A DNA stretch of 64,000 nucleotides, from contig MU053482.1 of assembly GCA_013239625.1 (NCBI GenBank), positions 3,309,922-3,373,921 of the forward strand. Reading direction: 5' to 3'. Source of the DNA: Lama guanicoe (taxonomy: Eukaryota). The notes beneath the pieces were generated by a model, which saw only the letters and a list, made by a program, of their open reading frames with translations, was not told the origin of the DNA and searched no databases. Position 1 is the stretch's first letter. Each line of letters opens with the position of its first letter. Positions 24,989 through 38,009 of this stretch are shown here, piece after piece. The position numbers were made by a program, and so were the translations under genes.

Positions 24989-25233
24989 AGCCACAGCCTC
25001 TGTCCCTGTGATGAGGCCACTCTGTGCCAGTCACTTTCATGTCTCGCTTGCAGAACCGGCCAGGCCTCCAGTTTGGGGTGACTTTTTTGGGTTCTCTTGT
25101 CAAAATGGACAGAGCCCACTTTAGAAGGCTCTGTATTCTCCACGTTACAAGATGGCAGTGTGCCAGTTTCTGGGCCAGCTGGCTGACTCCGAGATGAGGA
25201 GATAATTCCATGACACTTTGTTTTCGTTCATGT
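24989..25233 (-). pseudogene. Pseudo-exon (phase 2->1), acceptor mutated
   Basis: Polypyrimidine tract ending GG instead of AG; donor T|gtgagt; no stops (inside ORF 24915..25268). Confidence 0.55.
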
Positions 25234-25391
25234 CCAAAGGGTAAAAAAATGTAAAACTTTGCTGCCACCTGCTGTTTTCTTAGGAATAAATTCTTGAAAT
25301 GATTCTAGGATGGTTATGTGTTGATTTATTTTAGCAAAGTGGCTTGAAGAATTTGGGGGATTTCAGAATATATGTTTGTATAGTTGAGTAC

Positions 25392-25568
25392 CATCTGGCC
25401 TGTCATTTCCTAGGATGGATTGCTGGATCACACAGGAGGTTTCCTTCTTTCAGACCATCAAGGCCTGTTGGTCTCACCCTGTGGTACAAACTTTCTGGAG
25501 TGCAGGAGAGAAGGGCAGGCTCCCCAATCTCTGGCAACCTTCCAAGGAAGTCCACACAGTGGTCTGGA
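25392..25568 (-). pseudogene. Pseudo-exon (177 nt, phase 2->2)
   Basis: cctcacag|T...TG|gtactc; PDHCVDFLGRLPEIGEPALLSCTPESLYHRV..., 1 stop. Confidence 0.45.
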
Positions 25569-26549
25569 CTGTGAGGTTTAGGTTTGGATGCCCTTTCCTC
25601 CTGGGCCAGTGATGTCATGAAAGCCATACCGAAGGCAAATTCCCCAGGCACAGACTGTTCTCTCACGGGTGTGCTGGTGGGTAGTGTTCCTCAGAAGTGC
25701 CCTTGTGAAGTACTCTTCTCAGCAGAGGTGGCTGTTAACCTTGAGATGACATTCATTTGTGGTGTCTCCAAATGTTTTATCTTTGTCTTCCTTGAGGAAA
25801 CTGAAGCAGGTTAAGGAAGAAGGGTCCCTAGGAAAACGAAGGCTAGCCCAATCTGAATCACTCCCAGGTGAGAATTCTTGAGCCCAAGTTAGGTGATGAG
25901 AGGGAGGAGAGGAATAGCACCTCCGTGAAGCACAGGTAAAGAGCAAGGGAAGGGTTAACAGTCATAAGCTTAGATTGGCCTAATAAGGGCCCTTAGTCAC
26001 CTCACAGGAGGCGCCCAGAAGACAGAGACCTACTAGTCTTGACTGTATTAGTAGCTTTCTGCTGCTCCAAATCAGAAAGGGGAATTTTTAAAATTTGCTG
26101 TCTCCTGGAAGAACCGTTTATATGTAAATGAGTTCATTTCCAGTTTCTCTGGATAATTCTTTCAACCAAGATCCTCCCCCAACCCCCCCTTTTTTTGTGT
26201 GTGTATAAGATCTGGGACTTTGTAGATGGACACAGAATGAAGTTTCAAGGAAATGACCCTTGATCCATCTCCTATCCAAGAGAAAAGGCATCTGAGTGGT
26301 ACTGATAAGCAGGGAAGGTGTGTGATAGCCCATTACTCAGTGTTTGGCATGAGAGTTGGCACGTAGTAGCATATTTGTTGAGTGAAGGATAAAACTCATC
26401 ACCATTGTTCTCCCCAGTTGATCTGTGAGGCCTGTTGGGGAGTGTTGGAGGTAGGAAGAAGCAGAAGGAAGAGTCCCAGAGTAAATAGGGTGCAAATCTG
26501 TGGGTCGAGCACAACATGGGAACAAGGATTCTATGTTAGGACCAAAAGG

Positions 26550-26746
26550 GATAGGGGGTTAAGAGGGACAAACTACTATGTGTAAAATAAATAAGCTATA
26601 AGGACATAATGTACAGCACAGGGAATATAGCCAATATGTTATAATAACTATAAATGGAGTATAGCCTTTAAAAATTGTAAATCACTATATTGTACACCTG
26701 GAACTTATATAATATTGTATATCAACTATATCTCAATAAGAAAAAA
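26550..26746 (+). mobile_element. L1 3' end
   Basis: tacagcacagggaatatagccaatat...tatcaactatatctcaat plus A tail. Confidence 0.8.
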
Positions 26747-27401
26747 CCCAACTAATACCATATGTGTTAAAATATATATGTGTACTATTTATAAATTAAA
26801 TATAATTCTTGTAAAAAAGTCAAACAAGGTTATAATGTACAAGAGTCCTCCTTGCATGTCTCATTCACTAAACATTACCATTGTTAATGTCTTGCACAAG
26901 CCTGGTCATGTTTATGCTTCATGTATTTTCTTGTTTATACCCCTGTTGTTCTTTCTCAGAATTTTGTAAAAGCTTTGGAAAGGTTCCAACTTGTCTCAGC
27001 TGTGTAAAGATGAGTTGAGGGAAGGAGTTAGCATCCTACTATAGAAGTGCCAGTGTCTCCCTGATGTGGCTAATATGACGATGGCAGTGGGAGGTAAAGT
27101 GGGAGACCCTAAGCAGGAGGGAAGACTCGAGAGGACTGGATTGGGCCGTAAAGATTCCCGTTGGAGATTCTCCTCTCTGGGAGAGTCTCTATTTTTTAGG
27201 CTTTCTTTTTTCTCCCAACAGCTTTATTGAGGTATAATTGACACATAAAATGGTATATATACAAAGTGTTCAATGTGATGAGTTGATACACATATACTTT
27301 GTGAAATGATTACAATGAACACATCCATCGCCTCACATGGTTACTGTGTGTGTGTATCTGTGTTTGTGTGTGTGGTGAGAATATTTAATATCTACCCTCT
27401 T

Positions 27402-28504
27402 AGTGTGGAGAAAAGGGAATCGTCCTACACTGTTGGTGGGAATGTAGTTTGGTGCAGCCATTATGGAAAACAGTATGGAGATTCCTCAAAAGACTAAAAA
27501 TAGGCCTACCATAGGATCCAGCAATCCCACCCCTGGGCATATATCCGGGGAAAACTATAATTCGAAAGACACATGCTCCCCAATGTTCATAGCAGCACTA
27601 TTTATAATAGTGAAGGCATGAAAGCAACCTAAATATCCATCAACAGGGGACTGGATAAAGAAGCTGTGGTATATTTACACAAAGGAATACTACTCAGCCA
27701 TAAAAAAGAATAAAATAATGCCCTTTGCAACACCATGGATGGACCTAGAGATTGTAATAGTAAGTAAAGTAAGCCAGAAACAGAAAGGAAAATACCATAT
27801 GGTATCACTTATATGTAAGTATGGAGATTCCTCAAAAGACTAAAAATAGGCCTACCATAGGATCCAGCAATCCCACCCCTGGGCATATATCCGGGGAAAA
27901 CTATAATTCGAAAGACACATGCTCCCCAATGTTCATAGCAGCACTATTTATAATAGTGAAGGCATGAAAGCAACCTAAATATCCATCAACAGGGGACTGG
28001 ATAAAGAAGCTGTGGTATATTTACACAAAGGAATACTACTCAGCCATAAAAAAGAATAAAATAATGCCCTTTGCAACACCATGGATGGACCTAGAGATTG
28101 TAATAGTAAGTAAAGTAAGCCAGAAACAGAAAGGAAAATACCATATGGTATCACTTATATGTGGAATCTTAAAAAATGGCAAAAATGAACTTATTTACAA
28201 AACAGACTCACAGACATAGAAAAGAAACTTATGGTTACCAGGGAGGGAAGAGAGTGGGAAGGGATAAATTGAGAGTTTGAGATTTGCAGATACTAACTAC
28301 TGTATGTAAAATAGATTAAAAAAACAAGCTTCTACATATAGCACAGGGAACTATATTCAACATCTTGTGCTAACCTATAATGAAAAAATATGAAAAGGAA
28401 TATGTATGTAAGTATATGTATGACTGAAACATTATACTGTACACTAGAAACTGACCCAATATTGTAAACTGACCATATTTCAATTTAAAAAAATTAAAAA
28501 AATG
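27402..28504 (+). mobile_element. Younger 5'-truncated L1 with internal tandem duplication
   Basis: 12-bp TSD atctaccctctt (27390-27401 / 28505-28516). Confidence 0.9.
27472..28162 (+). repeat. Exact 345-bp tandem duplication
   Basis: 27472-27816 equals 27818-28162 by eye, separated by one A. Confidence 0.93.
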
Positions 28505-28846
28505 ATCTACCCTCTTCCCAAATTTCAAGTATACAATACAGTATTATCTACCATAGTTAATACGCTGTGCATTAAATCCCCAGAACTTATTCATCTTCTA
28601 ACTGAAGCTTTGTACCCTTTGGCCGACATCTACCATTTTCCCAGTTTCCCTCTGGTCCCTGGCCACCACCATTCTATACTCTGTTTCTATGAGTTCAGTT
28701 TTATTTTTTAAGCATCCACATATGAGTGAGATTACACTGTATTTGTCTTCTGGAGATTCTCTTGATAGGGCCTTGAAGGTTCTGGATTTTCTTTTGTTTC
28801 AGGCTGAGAAACAACTTCTTAGGAGAATAACAAGATTGGTGCTTAC

Positions 28847-29147
28847 CTGTGTGTTTGATTTGAGTAGTGTGTGAGCCCGCCATCCCATGCATCTGTTGAT
28901 CCCTTGCTCCCCAAAGAAACCCTGTTCTGGCCCAAATGTCAGAGCCAGAAGCCTCAATCTGGTTCTTCACTCTGGGGTGGGAAGAGATGGTAGTAATTGC
29001 CAAGGGAACTGAAGACAACCACAATGTAAGTAGGGGACTGGTAAACTCTGCCCCTTGTGAGGCTATCCAAGCTCTATCCTGACAAATGTTATTTTGCAAA
29101 GGTACTAATGAGGCTCCCTGGGGACCAGATGAACGAGATCACTGTTT
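28847..29147 (-). pseudogene. Pseudo-exon (301 nt, phase 1->2)
   Basis: tttgcag|AA...AG|gtaagc; ETVISFIWSPGSLISTFAK*HLSG*SLDSLTRGRVYQSPTYIVVVFSSLGNYYHLFPP..., 4 stops. Confidence 0.55.
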
Positions 29148-29234
29148 CTGCAAACCTGTCCTCTAATGAACACACACTCTGGCTGGATGGTGTCAGGACA
29201 TGGCTGTTTGAGTGTTTTAGATACCATTTCTTAC

Positions 29235-29386
29235 CCCTCCTGTTGTGCCCAGTAACTAGGATGCTGTCAAGAAAATACAGCAGGGCTTCTGTGAGCTTAA
29301 AAAGAGCATTTCAAAATATTGCATTAGCCTTTTGTCCTTTAGGTCTGTTTTTCTTAGAACAAATGTAATCTTATTCGCTACAAATT
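29235..29386 (-). pseudogene. Pseudo-exon (phase 1->1 with 1-nt deletion)
   Basis: tttaaacag|AA...G|gtaaga; FVANKITFVLRKTDLKDKRLMQYFEMLF/KLTEALLYFLDSILVTGHNRR. Confidence 0.55.
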
Positions 29387-29854
29387 CTGTTTAAATAGCT
29401 CTTCTGGTGAGTCACCTAAAGTTAAGCTGCTGATATGGTATTGTTTTAACCATGTCAAACTTGAAATGTTAGCCAAGTCTTAGTAATGACTTGTTGTGGG
29501 GAGCTAGTGGCATGCTCTCACATGTGTTTCGGGGAAGATCCTTAAATGTCCAGAGAGAAAGATATGCCTCAGATGAGCTAGTCAGTATCACGCATCTCAG
29601 AACAGGCTGCAAGAGTGTCAGGACGTAAGGCGTGGTCTCTGCGGGCTCAGAAGTGCCTCATGACCCAAGACACATAAAAGTTCTGCCCATCACACACCAG
29701 CCCCGCCCCAGCAAGTGGACAGAAACCTGGGGAGGTCTACAAGAGGCCATGCGGAGGGGTCAGAGGAACTTGCAGATGCTCTGAGGAGTAAATCAAATCT
29801 TTAAACAGAACATCATGCCATGACTTTAAAGGTCATTATCTAGTTCACACTTAC

Positions 29855-30487
29855 ATCAGACTCTAAATATTGTCAGAAAGTGGATAAGTTTGCCAGGACC
29901 ATGAACAGTAAAATCGCTCAAAATAGACCACAGAAATCTTTAATGCCAGTGTGGCCGTGGCAGGCCGTGATGCTCCTACCTGATGCTGCCTCGTGAGAGG
30001 CCTCGGCAGGAATGAGAAACAGCAGCTGCTTAAAGGAACATTCATACTCACTGACCCTCAAAAATTGCAAAAGTTCTTCGAGTCACATGAGTGCACACGA
30101 CCTTGTCTCTCCCTTTCCAAATGGAAGTGGTGCGGGAGGGGGAGACTCGTGCTCCTTAAATGAAGCCCTTGGTCAGAGACCAGCATCTAAATGCTCTGCC
30201 CTTCTTCCTTCCCATGGTAGCTTGGTGCCCGGTTAGCACTGAGCAGTAGCTAGCCGCTTACCCCCTGCTGGCCCCACCCTCTGTTGGCCAAAGCCAGGTC
30301 ACCTCCTGCCAGGCAGCTGCTGGGTGAAAGTCCAGAACAGCTCTCCTGAATAAACAAGTCAAAGAAAGGCAGTTCCCAGCAGTGGAAGAGGCTGTGCTCC
30401 AGAAATCTATTTGCAAATCTATCCTTTGGAACTTGGAAGACATCCCATATGAGGAGCAATATTATGCATTGTGGCAAGGCTCCCAGG
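29855..30487 (-). pseudogene. Two candidate pseudo-exons (~30001-29855 and ~30487-30262)
   Basis: Donors T|gtaagt and G|gtaagc; RFLWSILSDFTVHGPGKLIHFLTIF and IWDVFQVPKDRFANRFLEHSLFHCWELPFFDLF; acceptors weak. Confidence 0.4.
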
Positions 30488-31423
30488 CTAGCCCACAGCA
30501 TTGATTTAACCCAGAACAGACTTGGGAAGCAGTGCTCTAGAACTCACCATCGTGGGTAATAGATCTGTAGTCTCTTCTCTCCAGTTTGTAGACATTTGCT
30601 GAGCCAGGCATGGTACCAGCTGATGTGGGATTCAAAGCTGAATCAGATTTGTAGGGTGGGTTGATTCAGGGCTCCTGGTGCCAATTCAGTGGCAGAGATC
30701 TTTCCAGCTTCGTGAACCCCCTGCTGCCCTTTCCCACCTACACACTTTAGGCTGAGGGTGAAGAGGTGACTATTCTGGCTTTTCTTTAGTTTGGTTCCCC
30801 AAGGTATCCAGACAGCTGGGGTGAGAATCCTGACTTCACCACTTACACAGTTGCATACCCTCTCTGAACTTCAGTTTCTTCTCAGCAAAACTGGGGTAAT
30901 AGATTTCTAAGAGAGCCTTGGGGTAGCCTCTCCAACAACTGTTCTTCGAGATCTTAGCAACTACCACGACTTTTACTAGGGTATTCACATCTCTCCCCCA
31001 AGACCACTCCATTCCTGAAGACTCAGGCCACTGCAATTTCATTTCCAGGCCATTATTGTAGACCCAGTGGGAGGTACTGGTCCCATTCAGGCCAGTGAGC
31101 TTGCTGAAGTTTACTGGTTGCTTCCAGAAAAAAAAATTCCCTCTCTCCTGCTAGATAAGAATAGGGGACATATGTGGTCCCACACTGAGACTGTAACAGG
31201 GGCCAGCCCTAGGTGGTAGCTCTTTCTGTGGGTGGCAGAGTGGAGAGATGGAAAATGGAGGATCCCTTGATGAAGTTGCTGGACTGCTAAATTGACCCAT
31301 TCTGCAGCCTGTTCTACTTCTGTGGTTTCAGGGTATGAACCCACAGCCCCCTTTGCTTTCTGCCATTTTGAATTGAGCTTTTTGTTCTTGTGATGGAAGA
31401 CATTTTAAATTGATACATCACAG

Positions 31424-32047
31424 TGATGCAGGAAAACGGATGTGGGGCGTGAGGAGGACCGTGCCCCAGGCTTTGTCTGAGCCCCTGGGACGTGCTCCGC
31501 CAAGTGTGGATCCTTAGCTTTGTGCAGGAAAGAATTCAAGAGAGAGCCACAGTTGAGTGAAGGTAGATTTATTCAGAGAAGTACATTAAAAAGCAAGAGA
31601 AAGGCCATGAGGTGTAGGGGTTGGGTGCTCAGATTAAACGTAGATACACATTCCATAGACAGAGTGTGGGTCTTCTCCGAAGAGGGAGAGAGAGAGGGCA
31701 GTCACCACAAGGCACCACCGTGTTGCCAGTTTTTATGGGCTTGGTGGCTTCATAAGCTAATAAGTGGAAAGACTAGTCTAACTACCCAGGGCAAGGGGCT
31801 GGGATTCCCAGAAAGTTGGCCATTTCCCACTCTTTGACCTTTTGTGGCTAGCCTTGGGACTGTCATGGCGCCTGTGGGCATGTTATTCACCATGTTAATA
31901 TATTACAATGGGCGTATAATGAAGCTCAAAGTCAAATCTCCCACCATCTTGAGCCTCGAGGCCTACTGTGGGTTGAATCTTTCACCATTTTGATGTTAAT
32001 TGCTGTATGTTCCTTGAATGGCTGTGCCCAGCCCGCTTCCTGTCTCA
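31424..32047 (-). mobile_element. Solo LTR (ERV1 class)
   Basis: Minus strand TGAGACAGG...CCTGCATCA, AATAAA on minus at 31568-31573, perfect 4-bp TSD ACAG (31420-31423 / 32048-32051). Confidence 0.85.
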
Positions 32048-33880
32048 ACAGCACAGGATTTATCATGAGTATTAAATGAGATAAAATATTCACTGTATTT
32101 AGCCCAGAGCTGGACTTATAAATACGACCTCCACCCTTCCAGCCCAAGGGCATTAGTGAGACAGACCACAGTTTCTCAAGCGTTTGTTGGGGACAGAAAA
32201 GAAGTGGGTCTGGCTCAGCACATCCTGTCCAGACCCTAGCTTGTTTAGAGGCCTAGGAGGTGGCCCTGCTGGACCTGTGCTTGTTTTAGGATCCACCTCT
32301 TTGGAGAAAATGGGCCTTATAAGTCTGGGCTTCCCCTAGACCCTGGGCAGGTATATGCATTGAAGAGGGTCAAGGGACAAAGAGGGAAGAAGGGAGAGAA
32401 CCAAGATTTGCTGGGGTATTAACAAAAGGACCTATCTTTGGGATCAGGGTTAAGTTCCCTTCTTTCTTTCCTCATTTCCCTCCTTGCTTCCTGATACTTT
32501 TCCTTACTCTCAATTCTCACCAGGCCTGGGGAATCAAGGGAAGTCAGAGTTGGGAGGGATTCTGGTGAGGGAGGGTACCGGAGGGGGCCAGGAGAACTTC
32601 TCCTATCTCTCTCTGATGACTTACTGGCATTTCAGTGTAGCAGGGATCTCAATTTGCAGACTAAAAGGTGGACTTAGACTCTTACAGGAAATTGGCAAGC
32701 CTGGTGTCTTAGAGTCTTTGCTTGAAGGATAAGAACGTAAGCAAGACGGCCCAGTTCAAGGACAAAGGGTTGTGTTGTGACTGTGGTAGGAGGGAGGAGT
32801 CATGTGGAAGACACTTAGTGGCTGTAAGTCAGATTTCTGGTCATTTCATCACCCCCAGATTTAGGCCAGAGTCCCTGGGGGGAGGAGACTGCAATAAAAG
32901 AATCAGTTGACACAAAGCTGGCCTGGCTGAGAGCTCTGTGAGGAGCTTTGTTCACGTGACATTACAGCTCTGCAGTCTTGCTACATAAGCCGGGTAGAGC
33001 TCGTCTGCCCCAGTTTAGCACACTGCTTTTGGGATAGCTAGAGCACAGGAGGGAGAAGGAGCATAAGAAAACATTTCTTCACAAAAATGGGCTAAGGGTG
33101 CCACGTTCCAACGGTGGAGTGGATGCCTAGAAGTGAAAATAGAACTCCAGTGTGAGCCGACTAGAACAGGGTTGAACTGCCAGCCTCTTATCTGGACACT
33201 GGATTTATGACTGTGGTCAAGCATTGCCTGAGCCTTTGTTTTTATCAGCCACATTCCATTAATGCCTCATAATGAATCTGTGGTCAATAAAAAACCCAGT
33301 TGTTTTTGACCTGAACTGCTGCCAAGCTAGGAATCCCCATGAATTTGTATGTCGATCTCTTTTTAAAACTAAATACCCAGCTGAATAACGATCCTTACTG
33401 CATTTCACGCTGGTCAGGTTTTTTTTTGCCTCTTGCTTCTTTCACCTCTTTGCTATTACTCTAAATTTTGTGCTCACCTTCTTCATTCAAGTCATGTATA
33501 AAACTGCTGACTAAGGCAGGAAATAAGAAGGATGCCCGTGACTCTGCTGGAAAACTTGCTGGTGGACGCCAGTTACTTATTAACCCTCTGTGGATGTGGC
33601 TATGTGGTCAGCTGCAAAACCATGTCACAGTACTTTTATACCACCCTCCTTCCCTGCCTTATCCACCACTGGATCATGAGATGCTTTGTCTAATGCCTCA
33701 CTGCCTCTGGCATCTTGGACCCCTAGCAGTCTGGCATTTTACCCAATACCTTGCACATGGTCTGTTGAATTAAATTGAATTCCCTGAATCATCAGCTTAG
33801 TAACCATATATTTAAGAAAAAAGGAAATGAAGCATGATTAATTGATGGGACAATTGGTTTCCTAGTGCTCTTTCTACTCC

Positions 33881-33970
33881 TTTTCTTTTTTAAATGGAAG
33901 TACTGGGGATTGAACCCAGAAGCTCGTGCATGCTAAGCATGTGCTCTACCCGGGAGCTATACCCTCCCCT
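33881..33970 (-). mobile_element. Camelid tRNA-Ala-derived SINE (short form)
   Basis: tactggggattgaacccag...gctaagcatgtgctctacc...gctataccctcccc. Confidence 0.85.
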
Positions 33971-34708
33971 CTATAGTCCTTTTCATTGTTTTAAATCAAA
34001 ATGTAAATCGTTACACATTACAGAAAAAAAAATGTAGACTATTTCTGACAATATCTATTATGCAGTTTATTATCATTATCAGTATCTATGATTATAATTT
34101 TTTACTTTTAAAAAACAGAATCAAACGAAACATTATTTTTCACTTAACCTACTTTAGCCACCTTTCTATAATGGAGTAGAACTTGATCATATGGGTCTCA
34201 TTCTTTTCTAAGTGTTTAACAAATTAATCTGTTTAAGTTCTCTAGGTTCTGACATCACAGTCATTTGTCTTTAAACTATGGAGTTAATTCGTTTTTTCTA
34301 AAGTATATTCAGCATCTACCATATGCCACATCTTGGGTCAGAGTGATGAGGAACTAAGAAGGAAAAATGGGCAAAGTCCTGGCCAGTCAGAGGCTTGGAA
34401 TCTGATAGGGGTCATAAAACAAGCACAGAGTGATGGAACAAGGCCTCGCATGTTAAGAGCTGCTGCAGAGGATTGTGCCACGTGCTCAGCCGGAGTTTTT
34501 TTTTTGCTGCTCTCAGACCCAGGACAGCTAAAACTGATGGGCTCTCTGTCTTTAGACAGATCCTGCACAGGCAGCTGTGCTAAAAGAGGTACTTGCTCTG
34601 GCTGAGGGTCCCATGCCCCTTCCCTATATCTGTTGGGTATCAAATTGACACAGGGTCCTGATCACAGAGACTACAGCAGAAGAGGAAGTCAGGAAAACAG
34701 AAGCCAAT

Positions 34709-35281
34709 CATGGCAGGCAGACTCCCAAGGTGACCTCCCTGAACTCCAACTCCGGCATTCACACCTTTGTATTATTTCCTTCTTCTTGAGTGTGGGTGTG
34801 ACCTGTGACTTCTTTCTAACTAATAGAATACACTAAAGGTGATGGAATGTACCTGATTATAGATTATGTCGCATATATGATCTACCATTTTCCTGAACTG
34901 CTCTTTTGGCCTTTAAGGAGGCAAATAGCCATACTGGGAACCCCATATGCCAAGGGCCTGTGAGCAGCCACTAAGAGCTGAGGGTGAGCACTGGCTGACA
35001 GACACCGTGAATCTGAAGACCGGAATCCTATAACCACAAGGAACTGAATTCTGCCAAATGAGTTCTGAGTGAGCCTGGAGCAGACTTTTCCCTGGGCCAG
35101 CCTTAGAGGAGAAAAAAGTCCTGGCTGATACTTAATTGCAGACTTTTGAGACCCTAAGCAAAGGGTCCAGTTAAGCTGTGCCTGGACTGTTGAACCACAG
35201 AAACTATGAGATAATAAATGTGTCACATTAAGCAGCTAAATTTGTGGTAGTACTGTTAAGCAGCAATAGGTAACTAATACA
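34709..35281 (+). mobile_element. MLT1 (E/F-like) LTR
   Basis: cttgagtgtggg...aaccacaaggaactgaattctgcc...gcagcaataggtaactaataca. Confidence 0.8.
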
Positions 35282-35527
35282 CCACTGGCTGGTCTCTTTT
35301 GCTTTCCGTAAGAACTGCAGGATGAAAAATAGAGAGCAGAGGTTAGAAGGGATACTCAGCAGCTTTGGGATGAGAAGAAATTGACTAGAGAAGGGGCTTT
35401 TGCTATGAAGCTCTGCTATGTTTTGTCATTCATTCATTCATTTATTCATTCGTTGAAGGATGTTAAATTGGAAGTATGGACAGACACATCAAGGTATAAG
35501 TACCAGTCAGGTTTCAGGGAAGGATAC

Positions 35528-35933
35528 TGTGATAGACTGAATTGTGTCTCCTGAAAATTCATAATTGAAGATCTAAACCCCAGTGCCTCAGAACATGACT
35601 GTATTTGGAAAGAGTATCGTAAAGAGGTCATTAAAATAAAATGAGACCATTAGGTTGGGTCCCCATCAAATTTGACTGGTGTCCTAATAAGAAGAGGAGA
35701 TTAGGACACACAGTGAGATACCAGGGGTGCGTACATACCGAGGGGCAACTGTGTGAAGAGGTAGCAAGGTAACAGTCATCTGTACGCCAGGGAGAGGGGC
35801 CTCAAGAGAAAGCAACCCTCCAGCACCTTGATCTTGGGCTTCTAGCCTCCAGAACTGGGAGAAAATAAATTTCTGTTGTTTAATCCACTCAGTCTGTGGT
35901 ATTTTGTTATGGCAGCCCAAGCAGACTCAGACA
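35528..35933 (+). mobile_element. MLT1 LTR
   Basis: tgtgatagactgaattgtgtc...cttctagcctccagaactg...ggcagcccaagcagactcagaca. Confidence 0.85.
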
Positions 35934-36000
35934 GATGTAGAAACTGCCCTAGATATTTTAAGCACAGGAGGATTTACTGTCGGTGCTTTCAAAATCATTG

Positions 36001-36147
36001 AGGGTAGAGGGTGTAGCTCAGTGGTAGAGGGTGTAGCTCAGTGGTAGACTGCGTGCCTAGCATGCATGAGGACCTGGGTTCAATTCCCAGTACCTCCATT
36101 AAATAAATAAATAAATAAACAAACCTAATTACCATCCCGCAACCCCC
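36001..36147 (+). mobile_element. Camelid SINE with duplicated A-box
   Basis: TSD aaatcattg (35992-36000 / 36148-36156); 20-bp unit repeated at 36003-36042. Confidence 0.88.
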
Positions 36148-36586
36148 AAATCATTGGAAGAGCTGGGGTAGCTGGGGTTAGGGGCTGCCACCAGAACTAA
36201 TGTGTCCAAGGATGTACCGCTGTGGCTGTGATCTGGGGATAAGGAAGTGGCTGCCTCTTCTGTCGACAGCTGTGGCCACCACAGCTGTCTCTGAACACCC
36301 AGGAAGGTGTTGGACTGTCACTAGAAAGCTGAGGTCAGCTTTCCATCTGGCTTTTTACTCTCAGGTGTCCACGACTTTGACTGCCAGGAGAAAACGGCTG
36401 TGGGGTGATGCCCTTCTTCCCATTTATGCCTCCCAAATCTCATCTGAGGGTTCTTCTTTTTTTTTTTTAATTTCTTTGCTAACACACATACTCTAGTAGA
36501 ATTGAAAAACCAAAAAGGTATAGCTCCAAAATGAATTATTTGAGAGAAACTGTCTTATGTAAATGGCATGTAGCGTGAACTCTTAC

Positions 36587-36890
36587 GTGAATACTGAGGC
36601 AGAGCTGTTCCTTTCGCACTACTATGTCTTACTGTTGCCCTTGGACATTTGTATTCGCCTTTAATGTAGATATATGTTCAGCCTGATGAGTCCTTGATTA
36701 TGATACCCAGAAAGTATGTTGGAATCTTTAATCTCAATAATTCCTGTTAATTCTAAGTTTTACCTTAGTTCCTTGGTCTGGTTGAATTTCAGTGAATACA
36801 TCACCATATTCACTCCACGATGACTCCCAGTCACCCCCACTGTTGGTATACACATCCTACTGTAAGTGTTAAATGGTCTGTAACTGGCTT
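36587..36890 (-). pseudogene. Two candidate small pseudo-exons (36890-36764, 36658-36587)
   Basis: cag|AAG...AAG|gtaaaa and aag|GCG...CAC|gtaaga; first needs a +1 frameshift. Confidence 0.35.
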
Positions 36891-37314
36891 CTGAGCAACA
36901 GATTACAGCCCAATGTAATGTCTCATGTCACGCCTCATTTTTAAACACAAAGAGGTCATTACTTCCTTGTGACAATCTTTCTTTTTCTCACCCTTTCTCT
37001 TTCCCTTTGTTCCTGTTCCCTCCCTCTGCTTCCTCTCTCTCTCTCAGTCCCTTATCCCTGAAACCGGGAAACAAGCACCAGCGTTAAGAGCTGCTCTATG
37101 GATGGGCTCATGTGAGGGTTCTTAATTGAATTTAGTATCCTGGCCGCTTGGGAGCTGTAGTTTTTAACTTTCCAGCCTCTGAGGGTGTGGGAAGGGATGC
37201 TAAAGCTTATAGCTTCACAGCACCGTATGCTAGACATCAGAGCAGAGCAAGTGCCAAGACATTCAAAGTAGATACTTGGAACTGATAAAAGAATTCACTA
37301 ATCTGCTCACTTAC

Positions 37315-37547
37315 ATCAAAGATGAGAAATGCACGGAAAAGAGAGGATTTGTAAAGAGGATTTCTTTGGAAAAGTTGTGTGGTTTTTTTCTCACCGATCC
37401 CAAGCAGTTGGGCTGAGTGCTCCTCCCATTACCTCAGGTGAGAGGAGGTATTTTATAGAACCACTCTTGAGAGTTTGATACGGATCCTCTGCAGTTTAGG
37501 CATGGGAGGATGCATATTGGACCTTTGTCTGACTTTTGCTTTTGAAT
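37315..37547 (-). pseudogene. Pseudo-exon with PX-domain-like C-terminal half (phase 1->0)
   Basis: Acceptor CAG>CAT, donor GAT|gtaagt; HPPMPKLQRIRIKLSRVVL*...QLFQRNPLYKSSLFRAFLIFD. Confidence 0.55.
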
Positions 37548-38009
37548 ATGCAAAAGATGGAGAGGGTCTGGTGAGCTGCTCAGACCTTGGGAATGAAGGA
37601 GGGGTAGTTGATCTGGGTGGCTTGGTCTTCCAGAGTTTGTAGTGGCAGAGAATGTGTGAGTGTTTCAAGAACTATGGGATATCACGGGGGAAGTGAATTG
37701 GGAGAGTTGGGGAAGCATTTGAGTTGAATATTGGGTGAGTTAGCGAAGCTGAGAAGGGCAGGGTATGGTATTCCAGGTAGAGGGAACAGCATGTGCCAAG
37801 GCTTAGTGGCACAAAATGGCCTGGAATGTCCGAGGAAAAGTTAAATGTTCAGTGTGGCTGTGGTATAATTTGGGAGTGTGGGGAGTACAAACATTTCGCT
37901 TTTTGTAGCAAAATACCCTAAATACATGTTGTGCTTCCAAGCTTAGCCTTTGTTCTTTAGGAAGTAGGCAATTACTGCTGAGTTTTTTCCTTCTAAATCG
38001 ACACACTGG

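Larger units (their letters stand above)
27205..28750 (-). mobile_element. Older L1 3' UTR split by a younger L1
   Basis: tttattgaggtataattgac... resumes at 28505 with aaatttcaagtatacaatacagtatt. Confidence 0.75.

Noticed and set aside
25261..25700. CTCF-like and TTC-N4-GAA motifs
   Set aside because: Short motifs at chance frequency; the repeat-free character here is better explained by fossil exons
28701..29099. 132-aa minus ORF as the coding frame
   Set aside because: Runs through a donor into L1; the phase-compatible exon uses a different frame
36584..36589. Distal TACGTG HRE
   Set aside because: Coincides with the minus-strand CAC|GTAAGA donor of a candidate pseudo-exon
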